Assembly (NCBI GenBank): GCA_965277285.1
Contig: OZ255721.1
Location: 512,001-576,000, forward strand
From: Abditibacteriaceae bacterium
GTDB lineage: Bacteria > Armatimonadota > Abditibacteriia > Abditibacteriales > Abditibacteriaceae
Direction: 5' to 3'
DNA: 64,000 bases
Positions 10,437-21,142 of the stretch are shown piece by piece. Both the position numbers and the translations under genes were made by a program. Below the pieces are notes generated by a model. That model saw nothing but the letters and a program-made list of their open reading frames with translations, was not told the origin of the DNA and searched no databases. The first letter of the stretch is position 1; each line of letters opens with the position of its first letter.

Positions 10437-12083
10437 CTACTCGGTTTCCAGTTCGTAGCATGAATAGTAATACGGCGTTTCGGCCTCGAACTCGGCGGCG
10501 CACGTATCCACCATTTTGTAGACCGGCACGATGCCGAAACCTTTGCGGCGTTCGCGGATGACTTTGGGCTTGATGCCGGTCAGTTCGCCGATGTGTTGAT
10601 CGTTGAAGCCCAGCTTCTTGGCGCGTAGCAGCAAATCGCGCGATAAATCGTCCAACGTTTTGCCGCGCAGCGTTTGTTCCATCGTGATCAGTTTTTGAAT
10701 CTTGTGCAGAAACCAGCGGTCGATGCGCGAATGTTGATGGATTTCGTCGATCATCATGCCGCGACGCAGCGCTTCGGCGACCACAAAAATGCGCTCGTCC
10801 GTCGGCACGCGCAAACCTTCCTCAATTTCCATTTCCGTCAGTTGCGACGTGCCTTTGCCGCGCAAACCCAAGACGCCGATTTCAAGACTGCGCAAGGCTT
10901 TCATTAAGGCGCCTTCAAAACTGCGGTCGATGCTCATCACTTCGCCGGTCGCTTTCATTTGCGTCGTGACGCGGCGGTCTGAACCGCTGAATTTGTCGAA
11001 TGGCCAGCGCGGAATCTTCACCACGACGTAATCCAAAGCTGGCTCGAAGCACGCCAGAGTTTTTCCCGTGACGGCGTTTGGAATTTCGTCCAAGTGATAG
11101 CCGATGGCGATTTTCGCCGCCACGCGCGCAATCGGATAACCCGTCGCTTTGCTTGCCAGAGCCGACGAGCGTGAAACGCGCGGATTGACTTCGATCACGA
11201 AATACTGCGAAGAATGCGGGTCGAGCGACAATTGAACGTTGCAGCCGCCTTCGATTCCCAGCGCGCGAATGATGTCGAGCGAAGCTGTGCGCAACATTTG
11301 ATATTCTTTGTCGGAAAGAGTTTGGCTGGGCGCGACAACGATGGAATCGCCGGTATGAACGCCCATCGGGTCGAAGTTTTCCATGTTGCAAATCGTGATC
11401 GCCGTGTCGTTGGCGTCGCGCATCACTTCATATTCGACTTCCTTCCAGCCGACCAGATAACGCTCCAGCAGAATCTGGTGAATTAGCGAACGATCAATTC
11501 CCGAGCGCACAAACTGGTCAAATTGCGCATCGTTCCACGCGATGCCGCCGCCGGTTCCGCCCAGCGTATAAGCCGGACGAATAATCAGAGGATACGGATT
11601 TTTGTCGCGGAACTCGCGCGCCTGCTCGAAGTTTTCGCAGACCACGCTTTCGGGAACCGGCTGCCCGATCTCCTTCATCAGGTTTTTGAACAGGTCGCGG
11701 TCTTCGGCTTTCTTGATCGAGTCGAGCGGCGTGCCCAACAATTTCACGTTGTGACGCTCGAGGACTCCGGCTTCAGCCAGTTTATAGGCCAAATTCAAAC
11801 CGGTTTGCCCACCCAAACTTGGCAGCAAACCGTCCGGTTTTTCTTTGGCGATGACTTGTTCGATGAAGCCGACAGTCAGCGGTTCGATGTAAACGGCGTC
11901 GGCAGTTTCGGCATCGGTCATAATCGTCGCCGGATTGGAGTTGACGAGCACGACGCTAACGCCTTCTTCGCGCAAACTGGCGCAGGCCTGGGTTCCCGCA
12001 TAATCGAATTCGGCGGCCTGACCGATAATGATCGGCCCGCTTCCAATGACGAGGACTTTTTTGATGTCAGTTCTTTTAGGCAT
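10437..12083 (-). CDS. carB: Carbamoyl-phosphate synthase large subunit, N-terminal half only (548 aa)
   Basis: [47 protein letters not shown]; ends at [21 protein letters not shown]. Confidence 0.95.
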   Translation of the reverse strand: MPKRTDIKKVLVIGSGPIIIGQAAEFDYAGTQACASLREEGVSVVLVNSNPATIMTDAETADAVYIEPLTVGFIEQVIAKEKPDGLLPSLGGQTGLNLAYKLAEAGVLERHNVKLLGTPLDSIKKAEDRDLFKNLMKEIGQPVPESVVCENFEQAREFRDKNPYPLIIRPAYTLGGTGGGIAWNDAQFDQFVRSGIDRSLIHQILLERYLVGWKEVEYEVMRDANDTAITICNMENFDPMGVHTGDSIVVAPSQTLSDKEYQMLRTASLDIIRALGIEGGCNVQLSLDPHSSQYFVIEVNPRVSRSSALASKATGYPIARVAAKIAIGYHLDEIPNAVTGKTLACFEPALDYVVVKIPRWPFDKFSGSDRRVTTQMKATGEVMSIDRSFEGALMKALRSLEIGVLGLRGKGTSQLTEMEIEEGLRVPTDERIFVVAEALRRGMMIDEIHQHSRIDRWFLHKIQKLITMEQTLRGKTLDDLSRDLLLRAKKLGFNDQHIGELTGIKPKVIRERRKGFGIVPVYKMVDTCAAEFEAETPYYYSCYELETE

Positions 12084-12192
12084 TTGATTTTAACTTTTGA
12101 TATTCGAGTACTCGAAGCGAGCTTTTGAGATAACAGCGCAGAACAGCCGCAACAATTTTAGCAGTTTCGCGCCCGACGTAAAGAAATTCCTT

Positions 12193-12756
12193 TTATATTG
12201 CTTCGTCTTCTGGTCGCACGCGATTGGGACGGGACGCACGCGCAACTGAAAGCGACGAGGCGGGAAGTTCGTTCGTATTGTCGAAAGTTTGTGCGGCGTT
12301 CGCGGAGTTTTCCGCCTTCGTTGTGCGGCGATCCAGTTCTTCGTCGCAGCGGCGCCAATCGCCATCGTCGGAGCCTTCCGCGAAATCTTCGGCGCGGTCG
12401 TCTTCATCGCGTTTGTTTTCATCGCGCCCGAAATCGTTGCGCCCGAAATTGTTGATTTCCGTTTGATCCATTGCGGCCTGGCGCGTGGCATACGATTCCC
12501 AGCCGTTGGTTTCTTCGGCGTGTTCTTCCGGCGCGTTGGGCAGCGCGGCGTTTCGAGTACTCGATGTCGCGGAATTGGGACGACGTAAGGGTTCATCGTC
12601 GTCCAACAAATTGAACTGGCTTTGCAGATTGTTCTTCATGCGATTCAATTCGCGCACGCCGCGCCCCAATTGACGCGCCAGGTCGGGCAATTTGTCCGGC
12701 CCGAACAACAACAAAACCAACACCAAAATCACTAAAATTTCGCCGCCGCTGGGCAT
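12193..12756 (-). CDS. Twin-arginine translocase TatA/TatB family subunit
   Basis: EILVILVLVLLLFGPDKLPDLARQLGRGVREL; long acidic tail (TatB-like). Confidence 0.88.
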   Translation of the reverse strand: MPSGGEILVILVLVLLLFGPDKLPDLARQLGRGVRELNRMKNNLQSQFNLLDDDEPLRRPNSATSSTRNAALPNAPEEHAEETNGWESYATRQAAMDQTEINNFGRNDFGRDENKRDEDDRAEDFAEGSDDGDWRRCDEELDRRTTKAENSANAAQTFDNTNELPASSLSVARASRPNRVRPEDEAI

Positions 12757-12875
12757 AATTTATTTCCTTTTAATTTGAAACTGCTGGCAAAGTTCATTGA
12801 AACATCACTGTCTGGCAATTGGAAGTTTGTCATTTTGAGAGGTTGTGAACAAAGTCCTAAAAACGCTTAAAAGTG

Positions 12876-12953
12876 GAAGTTTGTCATTCTGAGCGAAGCG
12901 AAGAATCTAATTACAGTTAGATTCTTCGCTGCACTCAGAATGACAAACTTCCA
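12876..12953. repeat. TGTCATTCTGAGCG hairpin element (copy 2), nested inside outer GTTTGTCATTTT..AGA / TCT..AAATGACAAAC inverted repeat (~12820-13005)
   Basis: Direct sequence comparison with other copies. Confidence 0.85.
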
Positions 12954-13026
12954 ATTCTCAACGATATTTGCTACTTCGCAAACTAATTCTTAGAAATGAC
13001 AAACCTATTTGCAAGAAATTTTCTTT

Positions 13027-14271
13027 TTAGTTTGTGATAATCTGCGCCTGCAAAATGTCACCGGCTTGGACTTGCATAATTTCTGCGGGAACAACCAAAA
13101 GAGCGTTGGCATTTGTCATCGTCGATAAACGTCCGCTGCCTTGCTCGCCTTGCATGCGCGCCGTCCAATCGCCATTCGTGTCACGTTCAACCCAAGCGCG
13201 CGCGAATTCCACGCGGTCTGGCGAAGAACGGAAACTATCGAGTACTCGAACCGCAAGCTGCAAACGCTCGAAGTTCGTCCGGCCTTGCAATTTCAAAACG
13301 CACGGACGTACAAATTGCTCCCACGCGACCATCACGGAAACCGGATTGCCCGGCAAACCGAAAACCGGAAGCGTCCGCTGGTTCTCATCGCGCGTGGCGA
13401 ACATGACGGGTTTGCCAGGTTTCATGGCAATTTTCCAAAAATGAACGTCGGCGACTTCCGGCAAAACATCGCGCACCACGTCGAAATCGCCCGCTGAAAC
13501 GCCGCCTGAAGTCACCACGATGTCGCAAAGCTGAAACATCGCCAGCAACTTTTCGCGCAATATCTGTGCGTCGTCGCCGACTTTACAATGTTCGACAACA
13601 ATTGCGCCACATTCCTGCGCCAGAGCGCGCAACGTCCACGAATTGGAATCGCGGATTTGTCCCGCGCTTAATACGTCTTCTGTCCCAACAATTTCATCGC
13701 CCGTCGTAATAATTCCCAGTCGCGGACGCGGGAAAACTTCGACTTGCGCGTAACCCAAACTCGCCAGCATTCCCCATTGCGCGGCGCCAATCAATGTGCC
13801 ACGCGGAATTACAGTTTCGCCGCTGCGCACATCCGAACCACGACGCCGAATGTTCTGGCCGCGTTGCGCTTCTTCGAGGATTTGCACTATTCCTTTTGCT
13901 GCAACGCCGTCTTCGACAGTTTCTTCGCGCATGACGACGGCATCAGCAGTTGCGGGAACGGGCGCGCCAGTCATAATTTTGACGCACTTTCCGCTCGTAA
14001 TCGAGTACTCGATGGCGCTTCCCGCCGCGACCGTACCCAGAACTTCCAGCGAAAGCGGATTTGTGGTTGAAGCGGCGCGCGTATCGTCGGCGCGCAGTGC
14101 GTAACCGTCCATTGAGGAGTTATCGAAAGGCGGCAAATCATCGCGCGCGACGACATCTTGCGCCAGCGTCAAGCCCAGAACATCCGCATGATTTTTTGAA
14201 ATCGGATTCAAAGGCGCGCTGTGGGAAAGCACGATGTGGCGCGCTTCGTCGGGCGAAAGAAGAAGTTTCAT
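13027..14271 (-). CDS. moeA: Molybdopterin molybdotransferase
   Basis: PPFDNSSMDGYA, IMTGAP, TGDE, SGGVSAGDFD, KPGKP, LPGNPVS. Confidence 0.96.
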   Translation of the reverse strand: MKLLLSPDEARHIVLSHSAPLNPISKNHADVLGLTLAQDVVARDDLPPFDNSSMDGYALRADDTRAASTTNPLSLEVLGTVAAGSAIEYSITSGKCVKIMTGAPVPATADAVVMREETVEDGVAAKGIVQILEEAQRGQNIRRRGSDVRSGETVIPRGTLIGAAQWGMLASLGYAQVEVFPRPRLGIITTGDEIVGTEDVLSAGQIRDSNSWTLRALAQECGAIVVEHCKVGDDAQILREKLLAMFQLCDIVVTSGGVSAGDFDVVRDVLPEVADVHFWKIAMKPGKPVMFATRDENQRTLPVFGLPGNPVSVMVAWEQFVRPCVLKLQGRTNFERLQLAVRVLDSFRSSPDRVEFARAWVERDTNGDWTARMQGEQGSGRLSTMTNANALLVVPAEIMQVQAGDILQAQIITN

Positions 14272-14464
14272 GCGCGCTTCAGTTTAACGGCTCGCAGTGC
14301 GTTCGTATCACAAGGGAAGATCAGGAAACGAGAAATTAACAATTCGGCAACGATTGCATAACGCACGCGCTTTAAGATCATAGCAGTTTCGATTTTTCAG
14401 ACCTGCACTTTTCTTCAAGATTCGCCGCGATAATGACTATCGGCGATTTCTGTTTCCCACTTTC

Positions 14465-15382
14465 ATGGCCAAACGAGCGCCGCGCGACCTTCCACCAAAT
14501 GCGACTGACGACTTGGCTCGGGAAACGGAATCGTCGCGCGCCAATTTCAGCGGACGGCGCGTGCTGGCTTTTGAAAGTCGTCATGCGGCGCAAATGCAGC
14601 GCTTAATCGAAAGTTACGGTGGTGCAGCGACGGTTGTTCCTACGCTGCGCGAAGTCGCTTTGCGCGACCCGTCAGTTCCTCAATTCGTGCGCGACTTGCA
14701 GGAAAATCGCGTCGATTTCGCCATCTTTACAACGGGCAGCGGCGTGCGAATGCTGGCCGCGCAAATCGAAGCCGAAACGCCGCGCGAGCTTTGGCTTCCC
14801 GCCTTGAAACGCGTTCCCGTCATCGCGCGCGGCGTGAAAACGATGGCTGCTTTGCGTGAATTAGAAATCCCCGTCACCTTGATCACGCCGTCGCCGCACA
14901 CATGGCACGAACTGATTCTGGCTCTCGACGCGCATCACGACCTTTCTGTGGCGCGCCGCAATGTCGTTTTGCAGGAATACGGCACGCCCAATCGCGCGCT
15001 TTCTCGCGCTTTGATGACACGCGGCGCCCTTGTTTCGCGCCTGCTGATCTACCAATGGGCGTTGCCCGAAGACACCACGCTGCTTCTAAGCGCCATCAAC
15101 GACATTATCGAAGACCGTTACGACCTGACTTTGTGGACAAACGGCGCACAAGTCTGGCACTTATTTCAACTCGCTTATCATCACGGCATCGAAAGCGAAC
15201 TGCGCCAAGCCATGCAGCGCCTAACCGTTGCGTCCATCGGCCCGGCGTGCAGCGAAGCTCTCCGCGAATGGGAAGTCACGCCAACTTTGGAACCATTGCA
15301 ACCGCGCATGGCCGATTTAGTACGCGCCGCCGCGCTTTTTTCCACCGCGCCAGCCTTCAACTCAAGCGAACTCGAAGGGTGA
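14465..15382 (+). CDS. hemD: Uroporphyrinogen-III synthase family protein
   Basis: GRRVLAFESR, IFTTGSGV, ARGVKT, YQWALP, ASIGP motifs. Confidence 0.82.
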   Translation: MAKRAPRDLPPNATDDLARETESSRANFSGRRVLAFESRHAAQMQRLIESYGGAATVVPTLREVALRDPSVPQFVRDLQENRVDFAIFTTGSGVRMLAAQIEAETPRELWLPALKRVPVIARGVKTMAALRELEIPVTLITPSPHTWHELILALDAHHDLSVARRNVVLQEYGTPNRALSRALMTRGALVSRLLIYQWALPEDTTLLLSAINDIIEDRYDLTLWTNGAQVWHLFQLAYHHGIESELRQAMQRLTVASIGPACSEALREWEVTPTLEPLQPRMADLVRAAALFSTAPAFNSSELEG

Positions 15383-15598
15383 TCGTCAGATGCTCACAAT
15401 CGAGTACTCGATGTCGCTTTGTGTCAGCTCTTGTGGAAGTTATGCGGCATCGCCCATTTCGACATAAATCGACGGAAATTTCTGTTACACCTTGCCCCTT
15501 GTAAGCGACGAAACTTTCGATTAAAGTTAATTCCGACAGAACTACTCGGGATTGATTTCGTTGGGCTTAAACGTCCGCTAAACGCGAGGCTTTTTATT

Positions 15599-15877
15599 AT
15601 GTTGAGGCGCTGGTTTGGAAACAATGGACGTGACGAACACGCCGAGCACGAACTGCATTGCACGTCGTTGTGCTGTGCGCGCAATGGTCAGTGTGCGCGC
15701 GTTCTCGACTTGATAAACGATTGCGATGAAGCGGCGCGTTTGCGCGATCTGGGATTGCACGAAGGCGCCAAAGTCACGGTTTTGCGGCACGGCGACCCGA
15801 TGGTGGTGCGCGTCGATGACACGCGTTTTGGCATTGCGCGCAAAGCGGCGGAAAAAGTCTTGTGCGAGTTGTTGTAA
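15599..15877 (+). CDS. feoA: Ferrous iron transport protein A
   Basis: RLRDLGLHEG...GDPMVVRV; upstream of feoB. Confidence 0.85.
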   Translation: MLRRWFGNNGRDEHAEHELHCTSLCCARNGQCARVLDLINDCDEAARLRDLGLHEGAKVTVLRHGDPMVVRVDDTRFGIARKAAEKVLCELL

Positions 15878-15886
15878 TTTCCTCTT

Positions 15887-16117
15887 ATGCGCACAACTTT
15901 GGATCAATTGAAGCTAGGCGATGAAGCGACGGTTGTGGAAATGGGCGGCGAAGATGAAACCGTCGAGCGCTTGATGGAACTGGGCTTGACCGAAGGCACA
16001 TCGCTGAAGTTGCAAAAGTTCGCGCCGCTGGGCGATCCTCTCGAAATCGTAACGCGTGGTTATCATCTTTCGCTGCGTCGCCACGAAGCCGCCGCCATTG
16101 TTGTTGAGAAAAAATAA
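15887..16117 (+). CDS. feoA: Ferrous iron transport protein A (second copy)
   Basis: RLMELGL, APLGDP, LSLRR. Confidence 0.93.
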   Translation: MRTTLDQLKLGDEATVVEMGGEDETVERLMELGLTEGTSLKLQKFAPLGDPLEIVTRGYHLSLRRHEAAAIVVEKK

Positions 16118-16261
16118 AACCGCTGTTCTTGAAAGGATGAAACCTGAGAATTGAAACCTGAAATCGAGTACTCGAAACGCTCTTTTTCTGATTTCAAGGT
16201 TCGGGTTTCATCCTTTTTTATTCCGGTAATGACTTGAGTAACGTGATAAATCGAACCTATC

Positions 16262-16348
16262 AAAGAACCCTGAGCGTAAGCGACGGGTGAAACATAAAAG
16301 TTTCGTTCTCCGTTACGTTTCACCCGTCGCTTACGCTCAGGGTTCTTT
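16262..16348. repeat. REP-like hairpin AAAGAACC..AGCGACGGGTGAAAC / GTTTCACCCGTCGCT..GGTTCTTT
   Basis: About 32-bp arms; related copy at 63900-63988, also followed by GACTCACT. Confidence 0.8.
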
Positions 16349-16388
16349 CCATCGACTCACTTGATTGGGTCATTGACACTTATTTATT

Positions 16389-18668
16389 ATGGCCACTGTT
16401 TCACCTGTTAATTCTTCCTCGTCGCGCGTGTCAGTTGCAGCGGCGACGCGTCGCATCGCTTTGGCGGGCAACCCGAACGCGGGGAAAACGACGCTCTTCA
16501 ATGCTTTGACCGGAATGCGCCAGAAAGTCGGCAATTATCCAGGCGTCACGGTCGAGAAAAAAGAAGGGCGCTGCGTTTTGCCCAGCGGCGAAGCGACGAT
16601 TCTCGATTTGCCAGGAACTTATTCGCTGTCGCCCAAATCGCCCGATGAAGAAATCGCGCGCGATGTTTTGCTGGGCTTGCGCGCCGACACGCCGGTTCCC
16701 GATGTGGTTGTCGTTGTCGTGGATGCGTCCAATCTCGAGCGCAACCTTTATCTGGCGACGCAGGTTTTGGAACTCGGCATCCCGACGATTGTGGCCTTAA
16801 ATATGAGCGATGTGGCGCGCGCCAATGGCAAGCCGGTTGATGCTCAAAGTCTCAGTCGTGCATTGGGCGCGCCTGTTGTTGAACTGGTCGCGTCGCGCGG
16901 CGCGGGCTTGGATGTTCTGCGGCACGCTTTGTCACAAACAATTGCGGTTCCGCAGCCGCCTTCGCTTAAACTTCCCGAAAAAGCCGAAATTGCGCGCCAA
17001 ACGCTGTCTCGAGTACTCGAAGCCTCGTTCAACGGCGACGCAGAAAACGAAGTTTCATCGCGGGCGAAGGGAATCGCTTTGCGCTTGTTGTGCGGCAACA
17101 TTCCACTGGAAACTTTGCGTCGCACCTTTGGGCCGATTGTGGCCGAAGCGACCGAAGAAGCGCGCGCCATTTGCGAAGTTTCGGTTGCGCGCCTGGGCGC
17201 GATGGAAGCCCAATCGCGCTATGTCGAACTGAGCGAAATCGCCAAAAACGTGGTGCTGCGCCCGCAAGAAGAACTGTCGCGCTCGCTGTCCGATAAGTTG
17301 GACGCCGTTTTGACGCACAAAATCTGGGGCATGGCGATTTTTGCGCTGATTACGCTGCTTGTTTTTCAAGCGATTTTTTCGTGGGCAAACGTGCCGATGA
17401 ATTGGATCAACAACGGCGCGACGGCGCTGGGTAACTGGGTGACGACGCACATGGCGGCAGGGCCGTTGCGCGATTTGCTGGTCAATGGCGTCATCGCGGG
17501 CGTCGGCGCTGTCCTGGTTTTTCTGCCACAAATTTTGATATTGTTCTTCTTCATCGGTTTGTTGGAAGATACGGGTTATATGGCGCGCGCCGCGTTTTTA
17601 ATGGACAGAGCGATGAGTCGCGTCGGGCTTCACGGGCGCGCTTTCATTCCGCTGATGAGCAGTTTCGCGTGCGCGATTCCGGGCATCATGGCGACGCGCA
17701 CGATTTCCAACCGCCGCGACCGCATGACGACGATTCTCATCGCGCCTTTGATGACGTGTTCGGCGCGACTTCCGGTTTACACCTTGATGATTGCGACGTT
17801 TATTCCCGCACGCGCGTTGTGGGGCGTTCATCTCGGCGGACACTTTTTCGGATTAACTTTGCCCGCTGCGATCATGTTCGGCTTGTATCTGGGCGGAATG
17901 ATGGCGGCGATGGCGGCGGCGTGGGTTTTCAAGAAAACGCTTTTCAAAGGCCCGCCTCCCGCCTTGATGATGGAATTGCCGCCCTATAAAATCCCCGCCT
18001 GGCGCAACATCGTGGTGACGATGTGGGACAGGGCTTCGATGTTCCTCAAGCGCGCCGGAACCGTCATTTTGGCGATTTCGGTTGTGCTGTGGTTCATGTT
18101 GTCCTATCCAAAATTGGGCGCCAATGAACAATCGCAAGCCATCCGCGATTTCGCTGCGACGCCAAGTGCGATTTCGACCAATCGAGTACTCGATAATGCT
18201 TCAGCATTGACGTCTGCGCAGCGCGATGAAATCCTGGCAGCGGCGCAACTTCGTCATTCGTTCGCTGGACAAATCGGGCGCGTGGTTGAACCAGCGATTG
18301 CGCCTCTGGGTTTCAACTGGAAAATTGGCATTGGACTTATCGGCGCGATGTCGGCGCGCGAAGTTTTCGTCTCCACGATGGGCACGGTTTACAGCGTGGC
18401 GGATGCTGACGAAACATCCAAAGGCTTGAAAAGCGCGATGTATCATGACAAATGGCCGGACGGACGACCAGTTTGGACGCCTTTAGTCGCGGTTTCATTG
18501 TTGATTTATTTCGTCTTGGCGATGCAATGTATGTCAACTTTGGCTGTTGTGCGCCGCGAAACCAATAGCTGGACATGGCCGCTTTTTATGCAGGTTTACA
18601 TGACGGCGCTGGCTTGGTTCGCCTCGTTCGCGGTTTACCAAATCGGGCGCATGATGGGTTGGGGCTGA
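16389..18668 (+). CDS. feoB: Ferrous iron transport protein B
   Basis: [42 protein letters not shown]. Confidence 0.97.
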   Translation: MATVSPVNSSSSRVSVAAATRRIALAGNPNAGKTTLFNALTGMRQKVGNYPGVTVEKKEGRCVLPSGEATILDLPGTYSLSPKSPDEEIARDVLLGLRADTPVPDVVVVVVDASNLERNLYLATQVLELGIPTIVALNMSDVARANGKPVDAQSLSRALGAPVVELVASRGAGLDVLRHALSQTIAVPQPPSLKLPEKAEIARQTLSRVLEASFNGDAENEVSSRAKGIALRLLCGNIPLETLRRTFGPIVAEATEEARAICEVSVARLGAMEAQSRYVELSEIAKNVVLRPQEELSRSLSDKLDAVLTHKIWGMAIFALITLLVFQAIFSWANVPMNWINNGATALGNWVTTHMAAGPLRDLLVNGVIAGVGAVLVFLPQILILFFFIGLLEDTGYMARAAFLMDRAMSRVGLHGRAFIPLMSSFACAIPGIMATRTISNRRDRMTTILIAPLMTCSARLPVYTLMIATFIPARALWGVHLGGHFFGLTLPAAIMFGLYLGGMMAAMAAAWVFKKTLFKGPPPALMMELPPYKIPAWRNIVVTMWDRASMFLKRAGTVILAISVVLWFMLSYPKLGANEQSQAIRDFAATPSAISTNRVLDNASALTSAQRDEILAAAQLRHSFAGQIGRVVEPAIAPLGFNWKIGIGLIGAMSAREVFVSTMGTVYSVADADETSKGLKSAMYHDKWPDGRPVWTPLVAVSLLIYFVLAMQCMSTLAVVRRETNSWTWPLFMQVYMTALAWFASFAVYQIGRMMGWG

Positions 18669-18684
18669 AGCTGTGATAAACATC

Positions 18685-18726
18685 AGCAGCAGCCGTCCAT
18701 CGAGTACTCGATAGACGGCTGCTGCT
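18685..18726. terminator. Terminator-like hairpin after feoB, centred on ATCGAGTACTCGAT
   Basis: AGCAGCAGCCGTC-C-ATCGAGTACTCGAT-A-GACGGCTGCTGCT-TTAT. Confidence 0.75.
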
Positions 18727-18771
18727 TTATGGTATGAGTAAATCACCAACTTGGTGATTTGGAGCCGCTTC

Positions 18772-20790
18772 ATGTTTCTCGTGCCAAAAATGCGCCGCTG
18801 CGCGATGTCGACCCTTGTCGCTTTTGGATTGACCTACACCTCGTCTTGCGCCGCGCCACAAGCGAATGCGCCACAAGCAAATGCGCCTCAAGCGAGTGCG
18901 TTGAGCAACGTCGCAGTGGACGCTAAATTGTTGTTGACGCCGCGAATGGTGACCAACGAATCGGCGTTGGGTGATGCTTCGCAACTGGTCGATGAACAGC
19001 AGTTATCGGGCGATCCGCTGAACGGAAAAGGCGGTGTTCCGCAAACTTCGTGGGTTGCGGGTTGGACAGAATGGCAATATCCGATTCACGCTTTTCTTGA
19101 TTTGGGTGCGCCGTACAAAATCTCCGCGATTTGCCTTTACGACACCGAAGGAACGGGCGCTGTCACGATTTCCGCCGGACATCCGTTCGCTTGGCAGCCG
19201 CTTTTTACCGACAATCAGAACGGCTACATGAGTTGGGATAAGCACACAACAAATGTCGAAACGCGTTACTTGCGCATTTCCATCGCCGCGCGAATGCTCC
19301 ATATGCCGGAAATTGTGGTTTATGGTCACGCTTTGGGAAAGCCCGCAGCGCCGCCAAAAAAGATTGTTGTCAAGAGGCCGCTGCAGCCAACGATGGAACA
19401 CTTTATCGGCATCAACGGCTTTATCGACGATCCGTTTGACGCTTTGAGCGTGGCGGGTTTCGTGCGCGAATATCATCCTCTGGACTGGGACGAAGCGAGT
19501 AAGGACGGGCAGCAAATGGCGTGGTCGCCCAGTCCGGCAGGTGGCGGCTGGAGCTTTGACGCGTATTATGGCGAGTTGAAAAAGCGCGGCATCACGGTTT
19601 CGCCGTGCCTTCAGCAAAGCCCGCAATTGTTCGGCGGCAATGACAACAAGCCGATTGCGTCCAATGCCGACGGCGCAGATCCGCGTTCTTATGCGCTGCA
19701 CGCCGAGCATTTGTTTCAATATGCGGCGCGCTATGGCAGCGTTCGAGTACTCGATTCACGCTTGAAACTGGCGGCCAACCAAAAGCGCGTCAGTGGCCTG
19801 GGTTTGCTGCATTATTTTGAAGATTGGAACGAGCCGGACAAAAATTGGCGAGGCCGCGAAGGTTACTTCACGCCTTATGAACTGGCCGCGATGGGCAGCG
19901 CCGACCGCGACGGGCACAAAGGTACGATGGGGCAAAACGCCGGAATCAAGAACGCTGACCCGAAGGCGCAACTTGTGATGCCTGGCCTGGACGGTTTGCG
20001 CATCGACTACTTGACGGCGATGAAAGTGTGGAGCGATTGGAATCGTGGCGGGCAGTTTCCTTACGATGTCATCAACGTGCATCACTATTCCAACGCCAGC
20101 GGCGACCAGTTTGAAGGCTTGACCAAAAATGGCGTCAGTCCCGAACAAGACCATTTGCGCGACAAAGTGCGTGCCGTCGTCCAATGGCGCGACCAGAATG
20201 TGCCAGGAGCCGAAGTCTGGCTGACCGAATTTGGCTACGATGTCAATCAGGGTTCGCCGCAGCACGCACCGCAAATCGGCGCTTATTCGCCCGAAGAAGT
20301 GCAGGCGCAATGGTTGGTGCGCTCCTATTTTGCGATTGCCGCAGCGGGATCCGACCGCGCCGCCATGTTTATGTTGCGCGATGTCGATGCCAAAGATCAG
20401 ACGCAGTTTTCATCCAGCGGCCTGACCACGAAAAAAGACGAATGGACGAAGCGCCCCGCCTGGTTTTACGTTGATACCTTGAAAAACCGTTTGCGCGGAA
20501 TGCGTTTCGCTGGCGAAGTCGCGTCCGGCAACGCCCGGGTGACAATTTATCGTTTCAAAAGCGAGGAAGGAAATCGCGTCGCCTACGCGGTTTGGTGTCC
20601 GACCAGCGATGGCAGCACAATCGAGTACTCGATGCGCCTCTCGCCGTTGTTGCGCAACGCCAAGTTGGTGCGACTGCAAAACGGGCAGGCAAACGGCGTC
20701 GAATCAACTTTGCCACTTCAAAAAGGCGTCGCAAAGTTGAGTGTCAGCGAACGTCCCATTTTCGTGTTGACGGACGAAATGACCGGTTGA
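18772..20790 (+). CDS. Secreted glycoside hydrolase-like protein (clan GH-A type) with N-terminal discoidin-like domain
   Basis: Signal/lipoprotein-like N-terminus, APQAN repeats, LDLG motif, WNEPD and WLTEFGYD putative catalytic Glu motifs; start uncertain. Confidence 0.65.
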   Translation: MFLVPKMRRCAMSTLVAFGLTYTSSCAAPQANAPQANAPQASALSNVAVDAKLLLTPRMVTNESALGDASQLVDEQQLSGDPLNGKGGVPQTSWVAGWTEWQYPIHAFLDLGAPYKISAICLYDTEGTGAVTISAGHPFAWQPLFTDNQNGYMSWDKHTTNVETRYLRISIAARMLHMPEIVVYGHALGKPAAPPKKIVVKRPLQPTMEHFIGINGFIDDPFDALSVAGFVREYHPLDWDEASKDGQQMAWSPSPAGGGWSFDAYYGELKKRGITVSPCLQQSPQLFGGNDNKPIASNADGADPRSYALHAEHLFQYAARYGSVRVLDSRLKLAANQKRVSGLGLLHYFEDWNEPDKNWRGREGYFTPYELAAMGSADRDGHKGTMGQNAGIKNADPKAQLVMPGLDGLRIDYLTAMKVWSDWNRGGQFPYDVINVHHYSNASGDQFEGLTKNGVSPEQDHLRDKVRAVVQWRDQNVPGAEVWLTEFGYDVNQGSPQHAPQIGAYSPEEVQAQWLVRSYFAIAAAGSDRAAMFMLRDVDAKDQTQFSSSGLTTKKDEWTKRPAWFYVDTLKNRLRGMRFAGEVASGNARVTIYRFKSEEGNRVAYAVWCPTSDGSTIEYSMRLSPLLRNAKLVRLQNGQANGVESTLPLQKGVAKLSVSERPIFVLTDEMTG

Positions 20791-20929
20791 AAAGCGAATT
20801 CCTGAAAACTCGCGCGTCAAAGTTTCCTGACGATGCGCGCGAACGTGCTGACTTGAGCTGCGTCGAGAAAGTTGTTCATTGACTTAAGCGTTGAAAAGCC
20901 GAAAAGGAAAGTCCCAAGGAGAAGTCAAA

Positions 20930-21142
20930 ATGTCTCAAGACCTGATTGTTTTCGCCATTGTCGCGGGCGCGGCGGCCTATATCGGGCGCATGATTTGGAA
21001 CATGACGCGCGGCCAGAGCGATTGCGGCTGCGGCAAAGACGGCGGTTGTTCCTCGAAAACCGCAACCAAATCGGCGCTGAAATCGAGTACTCAATCGCTC
21101 GATGAAATGCCTTTGGTTCAAATCACGACGCGCCGCAAATGA
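20930..21142 (+). CDS. FeoB-associated Cys-rich membrane protein
   Basis: AGGAG RBS; one TM helix then CGCGKDGGC; near feoB. Confidence 0.75.
   Translation: MSQDLIVFAIVAGAAAYIGRMIWNMTRGQSDCGCGKDGGCSSKTATKSALKSSTQSLDEMPLVQITTRRK

Noticed and set aside
15480..15598. Fur/DtxR box upstream of feoA
   Set aside because: Only a weak AT-rich partial palindrome is present, with no convincing consensus.
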